Shown piece after piece: positions 48,803-58,526 of a DNA stretch of 64,000 nt. Below the pieces are notes generated by a model, which searched no databases, was not told the DNA's origin, and was given only the letters and a program-made list of their open reading frames with translations. Numbering within the stretch: position 1 is the first letter of the stretch; the number at the start of each line of letters is the position of its first letter. A program made the translations under genes and the position numbers. Origin of the DNA: Candidatus Bathyarchaeota archaeon (GTDB taxonomy: Archaea; Thermoproteota; Bathyarchaeia; 40CM-2-53-6); contig CAVTBR010000002.1 in NCBI GenBank assembly GCA_963733055.1, positions 448,001-512,000 on the forward strand. Reading direction: 5' to 3'.

Positions 48803-49216
48803 ATGATTCCCTGTCAATCATGCGGCAGACCAAACGCTGAGGACGCGAGATTTTGTTTCAGTTGCGGCGCAGCACTTTCAAGGTTTCCACCAGTCAAGGT
48901 TGAAGTCAAATCCCCATTAACAGGCCAGACAATTCCAACTCCACGAGGCGCCCCTCCGATGTATACTCCCAGACAGATTCAGACGCCGGGAAGCTGCTAT
49001 TACCACCACGATCTACCATCAGCTTACGTTTGCACGCGGTGCGGCAGGTCGATTTGTGCAGGTTGCAACAAGCAATACGGAGTGCTAAACTTCTGCACCG
49101 AATGCTACTGGAACTTAGCCCCGAAGTTCAGTTATGGGCAGCAGCAGTATCAACAGCCCCAGCAATACCCTATGCCATACCCGCAACAAGAGCAAGGTAT
49201 GAACCCGTTCTTCTAA
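48803..49216 (+). CDS. Soluble zinc-ribbon + B-box-like finger protein (paralog of the 43819 N-terminus)
   Basis: CQSCG..CFSCG; CYYH..CTRC..CAGC..CTEC; Q/P/Y tail. Confidence 0.8.
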   Translation: MIPCQSCGRPNAEDARFCFSCGAALSRFPPVKVEVKSPLTGQTIPTPRGAPPMYTPRQIQTPGSCYYHHDLPSAYVCTRCGRSICAGCNKQYGVLNFCTECYWNLAPKFSYGQQQYQQPQQYPMPYPQQEQGMNPFF

Positions 49217-50883
49217 GCTAAACGGCCTTCTTTCTTCAAACTCTCAGTTATTTCCTTCAACTGCTCAACAGAGATGCCAAGCTCTGTTGACGCCTCGGTC
49301 ATAGATATGCTACCCTCATGTTTCACGATGTAATCATACACCCTATTCTCCGCCGAAGGCTCGACAATAGCCGCCACCGGGGTTCCGCATTTCTCGCAGA
49401 ACTCGGCTCCCCTCGCTACATTGTTACCACAACTCTTGCAAACCATGAATGGCTCTAGCATTGCCTGCCCAGTTTTTTGCGGGCGAAGTCCCGCAGCCCT
49501 GCTCTCAAGCTTACTCCTCCTGTGAACTACCACTGCAGTAACTCCAACAGCAGCAAAAGCTACGGCGCTGCCCCCAAAGAGTAGGATAAGTGGTACGTAG
49601 TCTACTGCCCATTCAGCCCGCACAACGTACGGGCCATTCACCGTTAACATCCATGAGCTCCCCGTGTTATTCAGGGTCTGAGTCGCTGGATCAACACTCC
49701 ATCCCGTAAGGGCATATGAAACGGGCCAGGTACCCGAAGAGGTTGGGGAAGTAATCGTTGCGGTCGTTCCTCGATCATACCAGCCCGACCCTGAAACTGT
49801 TCCGTAGGTCGAACGCACATCAACATAGTACTGTGTGGTGTAAGCTAGCGTCACGTTTGTCGGACCAGTGACCAAAACCGAGTAGGACAGATTCTTCGAA
49901 ACAGAGCTGTTGTAAGACCAACCCGTGAAGCGCAAGCGTTCCACTGGGCTCAGATTAATGATGGAGGGCGCTGGCCCCATTTGCACGCTAGAATTCGCAT
50001 CGTACCAACCCGCGTGCGTCTCATTGTAGGAGGAGGATACGCTCGGTGAGGAGTATGTCACGGTTAGGAGGTATTGAACGAGGTAGTTGGCGCTGACAAT
50101 TTTCGGCCGATCCATTAACACCATTCCCGAAGGTTGCTGTCCAGAAGATTCCCCGCCCCAATGATCGAACTCCAGGCGCGTATTCGATGAATTAGACGCA
50201 ACCATGCTAGCAGAAAAGTTAGCCTCCACGCCCGAATCGTACCACTCCGAACCTGCCAAGCCTGTGACGTTCGGAGGATTGGACTGTACGGTCAAGAAGA
50301 ACTGGGTCTTCCAATTTGCGACCGCTGCCTTTGGCCCATCCATGACTATCGGGTTGGACGTCAATTGGGTCCCTGTGGCGTCGCCAGACCAACCTGTGAA
50401 TATGTTCCTCGTCCCCTGGCCCTCAGCGATTTGTTGATCATTCAAAATTGCGTGCGCCGTTGAGCCAGAGTTGTACCATGCCTGGCCGGTTATTGAACTG
50501 AAGCCGCTTTCCACGGATAGGAAATATTGAGGGGTGTAGTTGAACTGATGGCTGCCTGGCGTGCTGACGCCCCACTCCGTATTATTTTCGTAATATCGTG
50601 TCCCGTTGCCGTTCCCTTGCACGTAGGCATCCACTAAGATGACGTGCGGGTTGTTGTTTGCTGAAAGAGTATACGTGGCCGAGCTCCCGCCGCTCAATGT
50701 TCCGTTAAAGCTTCCATCGACGTAGACGTGGGTTGTGAGGGAGGGCGGTAGACCCTGCACTGTGACGTTAACCGTGTAGCTGTTGTCGCCACGAACGTAA
50801 GAGGCGTTGAGAGCGATTAGGACGATGGATAAGGCAATAACCACTAGCAATCGCCCTGAAGACCCCAAAGTCAGCCGTCTCAA
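49213..50883 (-). CDS. Type I membrane protein: extracellular beta repeats, TM, cytoplasmic zinc ribbon and winged helix
   Basis: Signal peptide; repeated Q(Y/F).L.V..WY..F.GW units; TM; CKSC..CEKC; wHTH-like VYDYIVKHEGSISMTEASTELGIS. Confidence 0.75.
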   Translation of the reverse strand: MRRLTLGSSGRLLVVIALSIVLIALNASYVRGDNSYTVNVTVQGLPPSLTTHVYVDGSFNGTLSGGSSATYTLSANNNPHVILVDAYVQGNGNGTRYYENNTEWGVSTPGSHQFNYTPQYFLSVESGFSSITGQAWYNSGSTAHAILNDQQIAEGQGTRNIFTGWSGDATGTQLTSNPIVMDGPKAAVANWKTQFFLTVQSNPPNVTGLAGSEWYDSGVEANFSASMVASNSSNTRLEFDHWGGESSGQQPSGMVLMDRPKIVSANYLVQYLLTVTYSSPSVSSSYNETHAGWYDANSSVQMGPAPSIINLSPVERLRFTGWSYNSSVSKNLSYSVLVTGPTNVTLAYTTQYYVDVRSTYGTVSGSGWYDRGTTATITSPTSSGTWPVSYALTGWSVDPATQTLNNTGSSWMLTVNGPYVVRAEWAVDYVPLILLFGGSAVAFAAVGVTAVVVHRRSKLESRAAGLRPQKTGQAMLEPFMVCKSCGNNVARGAEFCEKCGTPVAAIVEPSAENRVYDYIVKHEGSISMTEASTELGISVEQLKEITESLKKEGRLA

Positions 50884-51119
50884 ATCGACGTGTCGGATTT
50901 CGAACCTTAAGAATTTTACAACACTCTACGGTGTCGGTTAAATGCGGAAAGGAGCCCCATTTTAGACTGGTTCAATGAAAATTGGACCAACCCGTAACAG
51001 CAATGAGATTTAAGTTGCGTCCCACCGCCATAAGCTAACCCGTGCAAGTCGACGTTGACGACGCATTCGACACAAACAGATGAGAAACTAATTTGGGGTT
51101 AGAGGATGGATTGTAAGGA

Positions 51120-51410
51120 ATGACGTCCACGCCATACACGCGGGGCCGTAGCCGCGAATACCAAGTTCTAAGGAAACTCAGGGAAGAGGGATGGTACTGT
51201 AGCCGTAGTGCAGCCTCACATGGCCCCGTAGACATATTCGCAGGCCGAGCTGGAAAAATCCTCATGGTACAAGTGAAGAGCGGAAAGGGGAGAGCCACCG
51301 ATGCGGAGCGAAGTACGTTGAAGCTTTGGGGCGAAGCATACCGGGGAAGGGTAGAGATTTGGAAGTATCGAAAAGGCAAACCGCTCGAACGGGAACTGGT
51401 CTACGAATAG
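51120..51410 (+). CDS. Hjc-like Holliday junction resolvase / PD-(D/E)xK nuclease
   Basis: GRSREY..L..EGW..RSAAS..VDIFA..VQVKS. Confidence 0.75.
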   Translation: MTSTPYTRGRSREYQVLRKLREEGWYCSRSAASHGPVDIFAGRAGKILMVQVKSGKGRATDAERSTLKLWGEAYRGRVEIWKYRKGKPLERELVYE

Positions 51411-51427
51411 TGAGCCACGCAGATCTC

Positions 51428-51778
51428 TTAACTTGCTGTCGATAATAGTTTCATCTGACCTATGCTCTCGTCTATCGCCTTCTGAGAAAGTCCCCGTCCG
51501 AGACCTCCGTCCTTTCTGAATGCGGCTTTGCCGTCTTTGAATATGATAATCGTGGGAACAACTCGGATGTTGAAGACCTCCCAAAGTGGATTTTCTTCGT
51601 TGCTGATATCTACTGAGGCCCATGAAACGTGGTCCTTGTCCGCGGCGGCTTGAAAGGCTGGGTAGAATCGTGTACAGAACGGACACCAAGAGGCGAGAAA
51701 GACAGCGGCCAGTGTTCCTTGGTTGTTCAGAGTTTCGCCGTTGAAATCATCGCATTTTAGTTCCGTTTCCATTACCAA
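51428..51778 (-). CDS. Thioredoxin family protein
   Basis: ASWCPFC and VVPT cis-Pro motif. Confidence 0.88.
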   Translation of the reverse strand: MVMETELKCDDFNGETLNNQGTLAAVFLASWCPFCTRFYPAFQAAADKDHVSWASVDISNEENPLWEVFNIRVVPTIIIFKDGKAAFRKDGGLGRGLSQKAIDESIGQMKLLSTAS

Positions 51779-51833
51779 GGGGCTCTAGGCGGGACCTTAC
51801 TTTCAACCTATCGTCGAATACGCCAAACCTTAC

Positions 51834-52673
51834 TCAAAGGGTTGGGGCGCGAACCACGAAATAGCAGAACGGATCAGATTTAGCTTCACAGCTCTTCTCT
51901 ACTACCTCAACCCGGCTGCCGACCAACTCTGCAAACCAGCCGGCGATGTGGCCTCGAATGAAGTTGCTTCTCGGAATGGCCGATTCCTTGTAGGACGCAC
52001 ATTCGAAGTTATCCCGAACCCGAAACTCAGCATTTTTCCGATCCAAGTCCACCGATACTATTTCGAATATGCCCCAGCCGTTCGATGAGTATAACCCAAC
52101 TATCGACCCAAGCTCATCACGTACGACACTTCCGAGCTGAGTGAGCAGATCCTTCATGATCGCTCTGCCCGCCGCCTCCCCCATTTCAAACATCACGACC
52201 CGGGCCGCCGCTCCGTCGCCAAAGACGCCCGTGATTCGAGAGAAGATTGACGCTAGGGAGTCAGTCCTCATTAGGATGGCACGCTGCCCACCCCAACGCA
52301 ACGGAAAATGGAATGAATCAATCAACAAACCCCTCCTTGGGATCTTGAAGCGAACTTCCACCGTCGACGGAAGAAATTCAAGCTCCTTAGCCAGTTCATC
52401 TGGACTGATCTCCGTTCCAGTAAAATCTGCGAAGAAACTCCAAAACGCGTGATTGGAATCGGATTTGGCGTGGTGGAAACCCGACAGGATGTTAACCTTA
52501 TGCCTGGTTGCAATCGCAGAAGAGACCTCAAGCGCACCCGGCGTGTTCTTCATTCTGACCACGAAGTGTGCGAGCTTTCTATCCGGTCCAAATTCGAATG
52601 AGAGAACATCCTTAGGAACATGCTCTTCGCTATCGGAGAAAGAAGGAGTTGCGTCTGCAACGGTTTCCTGCAA
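51834..52673 (-). CDS. ACT + V4R domain protein
   Basis: N-terminal NTPGAL ACT-like region; GWG, NFEC, FIRGHIAG, EKSCEAKSDPFCYF V4R motifs. Confidence 0.8.
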   Translation of the reverse strand: MQETVADATPSFSDSEEHVPKDVLSFEFGPDRKLAHFVVRMKNTPGALEVSSAIATRHKVNILSGFHHAKSDSNHAFWSFFADFTGTEISPDELAKELEFLPSTVEVRFKIPRRGLLIDSFHFPLRWGGQRAILMRTDSLASIFSRITGVFGDGAAARVVMFEMGEAAGRAIMKDLLTQLGSVVRDELGSIVGLYSSNGWGIFEIVSVDLDRKNAEFRVRDNFECASYKESAIPRSNFIRGHIAGWFAELVGSRVEVVEKSCEAKSDPFCYFVVRAPTL

Positions 52674-52840
52674 GGCCTAGCTGTCATCGCGAGTGCACTC
52701 TATAAGCGCATTCAGGGCTGGGCATCGCCTTTGTTCAAATCTCTAAACTAAAATGGGACGTAATGGTCGACTTCCGGGAAAGGTTTATTATTCTCGAATC
52801 GACTTCGATTTTGTACGAATCCAATTCGATGATGATAGAC

Positions 52841-53419
52841 ATGGTGGATAAATCAAACGGGCCGTCTGATATCGATAAACTAGGAGAAGAGGTTGCGAAA
52901 CTTCGCGAAGAGGTTCAGCGGATTTCAAGTGCTATTCCTCACCAGAACACCGCTCGAGGCGACGAATCCCCGAGGCGAAACTTTACGCAATCACTTTCAG
53001 AATATGTGAACGATGTCGTTGAGAGTGTCACGTCCGGTATTTCCTCGGAGATTGAAAAATCAGTTTTCGTAGATCCCACGGGGGCTTGGTTCGACCGTCA
53101 CATAGCGAGAGTGCAGGCAAGAGCAATCACTCCCGCCGAAGCCGAGCGCACCGCGACATTGATGAGCGCGATGGCGAGTGAGCATCGATTAAGGATACTA
53201 AACGAACTGCTTTACGGAGGGAGATATGCCGGCGAGATCGAGTCCGTTCTCAAAGACATTTCCCCAAGCACAATCTCGAACCACCTCAAGATACTGCAGG
53301 AGGCGGGGCTCGTGATTCAGGAGGGCGACCGCGGCCGGTACCTAGTCACTCTACCGGGAAGAATTGCCCTCAAAATGGCTACTCGACTCACGCGCTTCCT
53401 GGAACGCCGCAAATCATAG
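52841..53419 (+). CDS. ArsR-family winged-helix regulator; start uncertain
   Basis: AMASEHRLRIL, STISNHLKILQEAGLV. Confidence 0.8.
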   Translation: MVDKSNGPSDIDKLGEEVAKLREEVQRISSAIPHQNTARGDESPRRNFTQSLSEYVNDVVESVTSGISSEIEKSVFVDPTGAWFDRHIARVQARAITPAEAERTATLMSAMASEHRLRILNELLYGGRYAGEIESVLKDISPSTISNHLKILQEAGLVIQEGDRGRYLVTLPGRIALKMATRLTRFLERRKS

Positions 53420-53530
53420 CACGTACAGACCAAGTCACACGCTAAACGCGACCACCCGCTGATTTTCGCAAATCGACGGCGGGCGTATGGGATTATATGA
53501 CCGTATTCCGGTCCTAAATCAAACCCTAGT

Positions 53531-54454
53531 GTGTCGGAGCAAAAACACGTGACCCAGGCCAGTTTGAAATTGCACGGAATCATCACCGCATTACTCACAC
53601 CCTTTTCAAGTAATGGTCAAGTCGATGAGGCGGCTATTCGCGAACTTGTCCAATTTCAAATCAAGAGTGGTGTTAACGGTTTGTTCCCGCTCGGCACGAC
53701 GGGTATGGGCCCTGCGATGGAACCCGGCGAAAGGAAGCAAGTCGCTGAGATCGTGGTGAACGAGGCGAATGGCAGGGTTCCGGTTATTGTTCAAGTGGGC
53801 GCAGCCGATCCTGCCGCGAGCGTTGACTTGGCGCGCCATGCTGAGAAATGTGGAGCAGACGCCGTAGCCTGCTTGACCCCTTTCTACTACCATCCAGGAA
53901 CTGATGCGACCATAGAGCACTTCAAACGTATGGCTACGTCAACGAAGCTGCCAGTCTTAGTGTACAACATCCCCAGCAATACTGGAAATAATGTGGACGC
54001 GAAACTGCTCGCCCAACTTAGCCGTATTCCAAATATCGTGGGTATCAAGGATAGCAGCCGCGACTTCCCACAGTTGCTGGATTATTTGGCAAACGTGCCG
54101 CCTGGGTTCGCGGTGATAAATGGAACCGACTCATACCTCTTCTCAGCCTTCTGCGCTGGTGTGAACGCGGGCGTTTCGGCAACAGCCAACGCGGTTCCGG
54201 AACTATTCGTGGAGATGTATGGGGCTTTCAAGGCGAGCGATCTCACGAAGGGGGCGAGATTGCAGAGGAAGATACACTCACTGCGCGCCGCCATGAGCAA
54301 CCCCCCTCTCACCCCGCTGCTTGAAGTACTGAAGATGCGGGGGCTTAAGTCGGGGTACGTGAGGTCGCCGTTGCGCTCAATGACGAGTGAAGAAGTTGCA
54401 GCTCTAAGATCAACCGTAGCTGGGCTTGCGCCGGAAATCGTAACGGCCGCCTAG
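53531..54454 (+). CDS. DapA/NAL family aldolase
   Basis: LGTTG, YNIP, GIKDSS Schiff-base motif. Confidence 0.9.
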   Translation: MSEQKHVTQASLKLHGIITALLTPFSSNGQVDEAAIRELVQFQIKSGVNGLFPLGTTGMGPAMEPGERKQVAEIVVNEANGRVPVIVQVGAADPAASVDLARHAEKCGADAVACLTPFYYHPGTDATIEHFKRMATSTKLPVLVYNIPSNTGNNVDAKLLAQLSRIPNIVGIKDSSRDFPQLLDYLANVPPGFAVINGTDSYLFSAFCAGVNAGVSATANAVPELFVEMYGAFKASDLTKGARLQRKIHSLRAAMSNPPLTPLLEVLKMRGLKSGYVRSPLRSMTSEEVAALRSTVAGLAPEIVTAA

Positions 54455-55545
54455 CCCTTGGACACGAACGTATCCAAAGTCGGTTTCGTTGTAGATTTCT
54501 CGGGGTTCTCAGATAGACCAGACAATCTCACGCCCACCAGTCTTACCTTCTTTGGACGGTCCCTGAATTCTAGAAGCAGTTCCTGAATCGTAGTTTGGAT
54601 TGATCGTTTATCGGTGGTTGAGAATCGCAAACTCTTCTCCCTCGTGTACGTCTCAAACCCCGTGAAGCGTATCTTCAACCCGACCGTGCGAAAACTCATG
54701 TTCGCCTCGACCAAGCGCTTGTGAACATAATCAACCAAGTTAACCAGTTCCTCGTTTACCGTCAACCAATCGTTGGTATCCATTTCGAATGTATGTTCGC
54801 CGCCAATCGACTTCATCTCATAATTCTCTTGAACCTCCACACGTTCTTCCGCATTCGCTATCGCCCAGAGCCAGACTGCTGACTTCCCGAACTGCTTGTA
54901 CAGGGACCGTGCAGAGTATGAGGCTAGGTCACCTATGGTTTTGATTCCAAGCTCGTTAAGTCGCGTCTCCGTCTTCTCTCCAATTCCTGAAATCTTTGAG
55001 ACCGCTAGCGGTGCTAGGAATTCATTCACTCGTTCGGGTTCGATGTAGGTGAGGCCGTCGGGTTTTTGGTAGTCCGAGGCGATTTTGGCGGCTGATTTGT
55101 TTGGGGCGATTCCGATGGAACACGTTAGTCGCTCTTTCTCTTTGAGTTCAGCCTTAATTGCCCCCGCCAACGCGACCGGCCCGCCAGATGTTTTGGACCG
55201 TTCGGTCACGTCTAGGAAGGCTTCGTCTATGCTTACTTGTTCGAACTTGTCGGCATATTTCCTGATACGTTCCATGACATCTGCGGAGACTTGGCCGTAT
55301 AGCGGCAGGTTTGGTCGAACGTATGCTCCGTCGGGGCAGAGTCGGTATGCTCTTGAGATTGGCTGGCCGGAGTGAAGCCCTCGCTTCCTAGCTTCATATG
55401 AGCAGGCGACAACTACTCCCCTCCCTTTTCCCTTCTTCGGATCAGCCCCGATGATTAGGGGAACGTCACGTAGGGCTGGGTTCTCTCTCTGTTCGACTGA
55501 GGCGTAGAACGCGTCTAGATCGACGTGGAAGATGACGCGCACCAA
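54451..55545 (-). CDS. dinB: Y-family DNA polymerase IV
   Basis: HVDLDAFYASVE, SYEAR, SIDEAFLD, KPDG, VRLVGVR. Confidence 0.95.
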   Translation of the reverse strand: MVRVIFHVDLDAFYASVEQRENPALRDVPLIIGADPKKGKGRGVVVACSYEARKRGLHSGQPISRAYRLCPDGAYVRPNLPLYGQVSADVMERIRKYADKFEQVSIDEAFLDVTERSKTSGGPVALAGAIKAELKEKERLTCSIGIAPNKSAAKIASDYQKPDGLTYIEPERVNEFLAPLAVSKISGIGEKTETRLNELGIKTIGDLASYSARSLYKQFGKSAVWLWAIANAEERVEVQENYEMKSIGGEHTFEMDTNDWLTVNEELVNLVDYVHKRLVEANMSFRTVGLKIRFTGFETYTREKSLRFSTTDKRSIQTTIQELLLEFRDRPKKVRLVGVRLSGLSENPEKSTTKPTLDTFVSKG

Positions 55546-55666
55546 CTCCGGAACCTTCCTAGCTTCGATTTGTAGTTTGACAAATAATTCGTCGGTGTCA
55601 TGTCGATTTAAGGCCTTAATTCGTCACCGAGTTAAGGAGATGAAATGGCATGATAACGTGGTTCAA

Positions 55667-56750
55667 TCAGAGATGTGAGAGGTTGAGACGTCGGCGCAAT
55701 AACAGAAGAGCAGCGGACACTAGCATCACAGCCGCTGTTAAGAGTCCTGGTGAGACAAATTCTGGAACTGGAAACTGGGAGATCGGCAGTATGGCTACCC
55801 CCAGCCCTGAAACGGATGGCGTCCATCCCTCATAGTATACATAGTATTGGTTGCCAACCGATATGACCATCGGATCACTTATCCCTTGACTGTCAAACGC
55901 AATACCGCCAAGATTCGGAGCTACTACCGGGTTGCTTGCATAAGGAGCCGAATTGATCCCGTCCGTGGAGCTTGCGAACCCGATGTAGTAGTGATTGCTT
56001 GCCTGAGTGCTATTCCCGCTGTAGGCCATTAAGTATCCTCCGTAGGTTGCAGTTACACTGTAGAGGGAGTTCCAGTTCGCGTCCCACGTTCCTTTAGGAA
56101 TCGGTGGCATGAGGCCTTCTCTTGTCCAATGTATTCCGTCGGTTGATGTAGCGACCCCGGTTTGGGCTACTTGCTTTGAGTTTTCTCCTCGGTAATACAT
56201 CGTGTAATTGGAACCTGTTTTAACTATGATTGGAAGATACACATATTTGCCATCCCACGATCCGTTGACGCCCGGCGTGAAGATCGGGTTGCCCGGGTAT
56301 TTCGTCCAGTTTATTCCGTCAGGTGAAGTTGCGTAACCAATTTCCCATGTGAAAAGTGTCTGATTCTGTATGTCGTAGGTTTGTCCACCGTACCACATCT
56401 TGTATCCCCCGCTCTCTTGTATGACCCACGCTTGGTTAACTGAACCTGAATCCCATTGACCTGGAGCCCCGATTGAGAGGACTGGCTGTTGTCCGTACCT
56501 GCTCCACGAGATTCCGTCGTTTGACGTTGCAAGTCCAATTTGGTCAACTCCGTTGTTGGCTTCTCCGGAATACCACATCATGAACGACGAACCGGTATGG
56601 ATTACAACGGGTCTCCAATCGAAGGATGCCTCCCATGTGTTCGTGGATGGAGGCAGCACTTCCTGACCAGTTACTGACGCACTTGCGTGTGGCATCAAAG
56701 TTACGGATGTTAAAAGAAGAATGCATAACCCCAACAGAATTATCCGCATA
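55667..56750 (-). CDS. Secreted beta-propeller glycosidase-like protein with VPEF (PEF-CTERM-like) tail; start uncertain
   Basis: Repeated MWY.G..IG.ATS.DGI.W blades; VPEFVSPGLL + TM + RRR. Confidence 0.75.
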
Positions 56751-57006
56751 GCACAGGACCGATCAACAATAACACGTTGGTTGCTTAACACTTTCCATGA
56801 CATAAGGAATTCAATTCACAGCTTCGAAAAACCTGAACACCGACAAGAAACCGGGGGCACCTCCAGAGAATTTAGTGGCATTTAAGATCTGGGAGAATTC
56901 CTTCGGAAAAGGCAGAATCACCGACATCGATCTTCGGCCTTAAATCCACGAGTTAAGGAACTAAAATCATTCAAATAATCAGTTAACTACGGGGCTTCTT
57001 GCCAAG

Positions 57007-57819
57007 CTATCTATTTGCGAAATCGAAGAGGGTCTTTTGATTCTTAGAGCCGCCCTTCAAGCTCGACCAATCCAACTCCACCAGCCCCATGAGACGCCTG
57101 AATTCGTTTACGGACGCTGGTCCGAAGCCGGCGAAGTGGTTGTTGAAGAAAACGAAACGGTCTTTCACCGAGTCTCCCACCTCATCAAGCGCTTTCTTCC
57201 AGGTCTGCATCGTTTGCGTTTGATCCCTCTGCGTTTCCTTGAACTCCGTTATCGCCCTGTCTCCGACGAGGCGGAGGTAGACTATGTCGGAGGTGAGGGT
57301 TGGGGGCGTTGTGAGGTATTGGTTGACGGACCAGACTTGGCAGATATTGTTGCTCTGGAGCAGCTTCTGCGTTTCGGGGTTGAACCAAGACTTGTGCCGA
57401 AACTCTACCGCATACCTAGACTTCGGGTTCAGCTCCGCGATAAAGTTCGCCAGCGCCCTCTCGTGCTTTGGAAGTTTGAATGAGGGTGGGAGTTGGATGA
57501 CGAATGGCCCTAGTTTTTCTTGAAGCTGTTCCAGCGTTCTTGTGAAATGGGATAGGTACGATGAAACGTCCTCCAGGTGCTGGTCGTGTGTTATTCGTTT
57601 GGGGAGTTTCGGTGAGAAGACGAATCCGTTAGGGGTATTACTGTACCATTGCTGAATCATGGCTGGGGATGGGGCGCGGTAGAAGGTTGAATCTATCTCC
57701 ACGCAATCGAAAACTTGTGAATAGAGGCTCAGGTACTGATTGGGTTCGGTTTCTTTGGGGTAAAACGGGCCTACCCAATCTGCGTACGACCAACCGCTGC
57801 ACCCGATCCTAAGCGCCAA
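57007..57819 (-). CDS. DUF72 family protein
   Basis: IGCSGWSY..W.GPFYP, VEIDSTFY, QLPPSF, AVEFRH, FFNNH. Confidence 0.9.
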   Translation of the reverse strand: MALRIGCSGWSYADWVGPFYPKETEPNQYLSLYSQVFDCVEIDSTFYRAPSPAMIQQWYSNTPNGFVFSPKLPKRITHDQHLEDVSSYLSHFTRTLEQLQEKLGPFVIQLPPSFKLPKHERALANFIAELNPKSRYAVEFRHKSWFNPETQKLLQSNNICQVWSVNQYLTTPPTLTSDIVYLRLVGDRAITEFKETQRDQTQTMQTWKKALDEVGDSVKDRFVFFNNHFAGFGPASVNEFRRLMGLVELDWSSLKGGSKNQKTLFDFANR

Positions 57820-57889
57820 GATTGTTCCTAAGGGATATTCGTGAACTCAGTTAAGAAGAGTTTTCGAAGATTTGGGCTACCCCAGTATG

Positions 57890-58474
57890 GGTAACGTCAA
57901 CTTGTCGGTTGATGCCAAACCGAATGATTGGCCTTAATCCAGAATGCGAGCAAGGAGCTGACTTGATTTTTTGCCGAGGCTTACATCGGGTTAGATTACT
58001 TATGGAATATTGGAAAAGCATATTTGCTCATATGTGGAAGCATGCTTGCTTCTGCTAAAATTTGAAACCGGAAGAGATTTTCGCGCTTCATCCCAAGATC
58101 AGGTGGGCTGGATTAGCGACAAACAAGGGCGCGGTCGTTTTCGCACAAATGAGAAAGGGCGTGACAAGTTTCACTCCCGATACTAACAAGTTAGCTGATT
58201 TTGAGATACGAGCCCAATACATCATTGAATCCGCAGAACTAGAAGGGAAATGGGTTGGACCATTAGACCACATAACATTCTGCTTTGAGAAATACGTTGA
58301 ACTCATCGTACCGATCAAGGACGGTTACGTGGCAATCAACCTGGAAAAAGACGTACCATCCGAAGCATACCCAAGAATCTCTAAATCCATCCGCGAACTC
58401 GAATAAGAATCCGCATCAACCGATCATAGACAATGAGAAAATGTGCGCCCATTAACCGTTAACTTGACGTTACC
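57890..58474. mobile_element. Non-autonomous gene cassette: 25-bp TIRs, 8-bp TSD CCAGTATG
   Basis: GGTAACGTCAACTTGTCGGTTGATG (57890-57914) vs CATTAACCGTTAACTTGACGTTACC (58450-58474), 21/25; CCAGTATG at 57882-57889 and 58475-58482. Confidence 0.85.
58062..58406 (+). CDS. Small roadblock/profilin-like protein (cassette passenger)
   Basis: IRWAGLATNKG..MRKGV pattern, alternating beta strands; fold inferred. Confidence 0.6.
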   Translation: MKPEEIFALHPKIRWAGLATNKGAVVFAQMRKGVTSFTPDTNKLADFEIRAQYIIESAELEGKWVGPLDHITFCFEKYVELIVPIKDGYVAINLEKDVPSEAYPRISKSIRELE

Positions 58475-58526
58475 CCAGTATGGCATCCCTCTTCCGATAG
58501 GAACCGCGAAACAGGTTGATCTAGGA

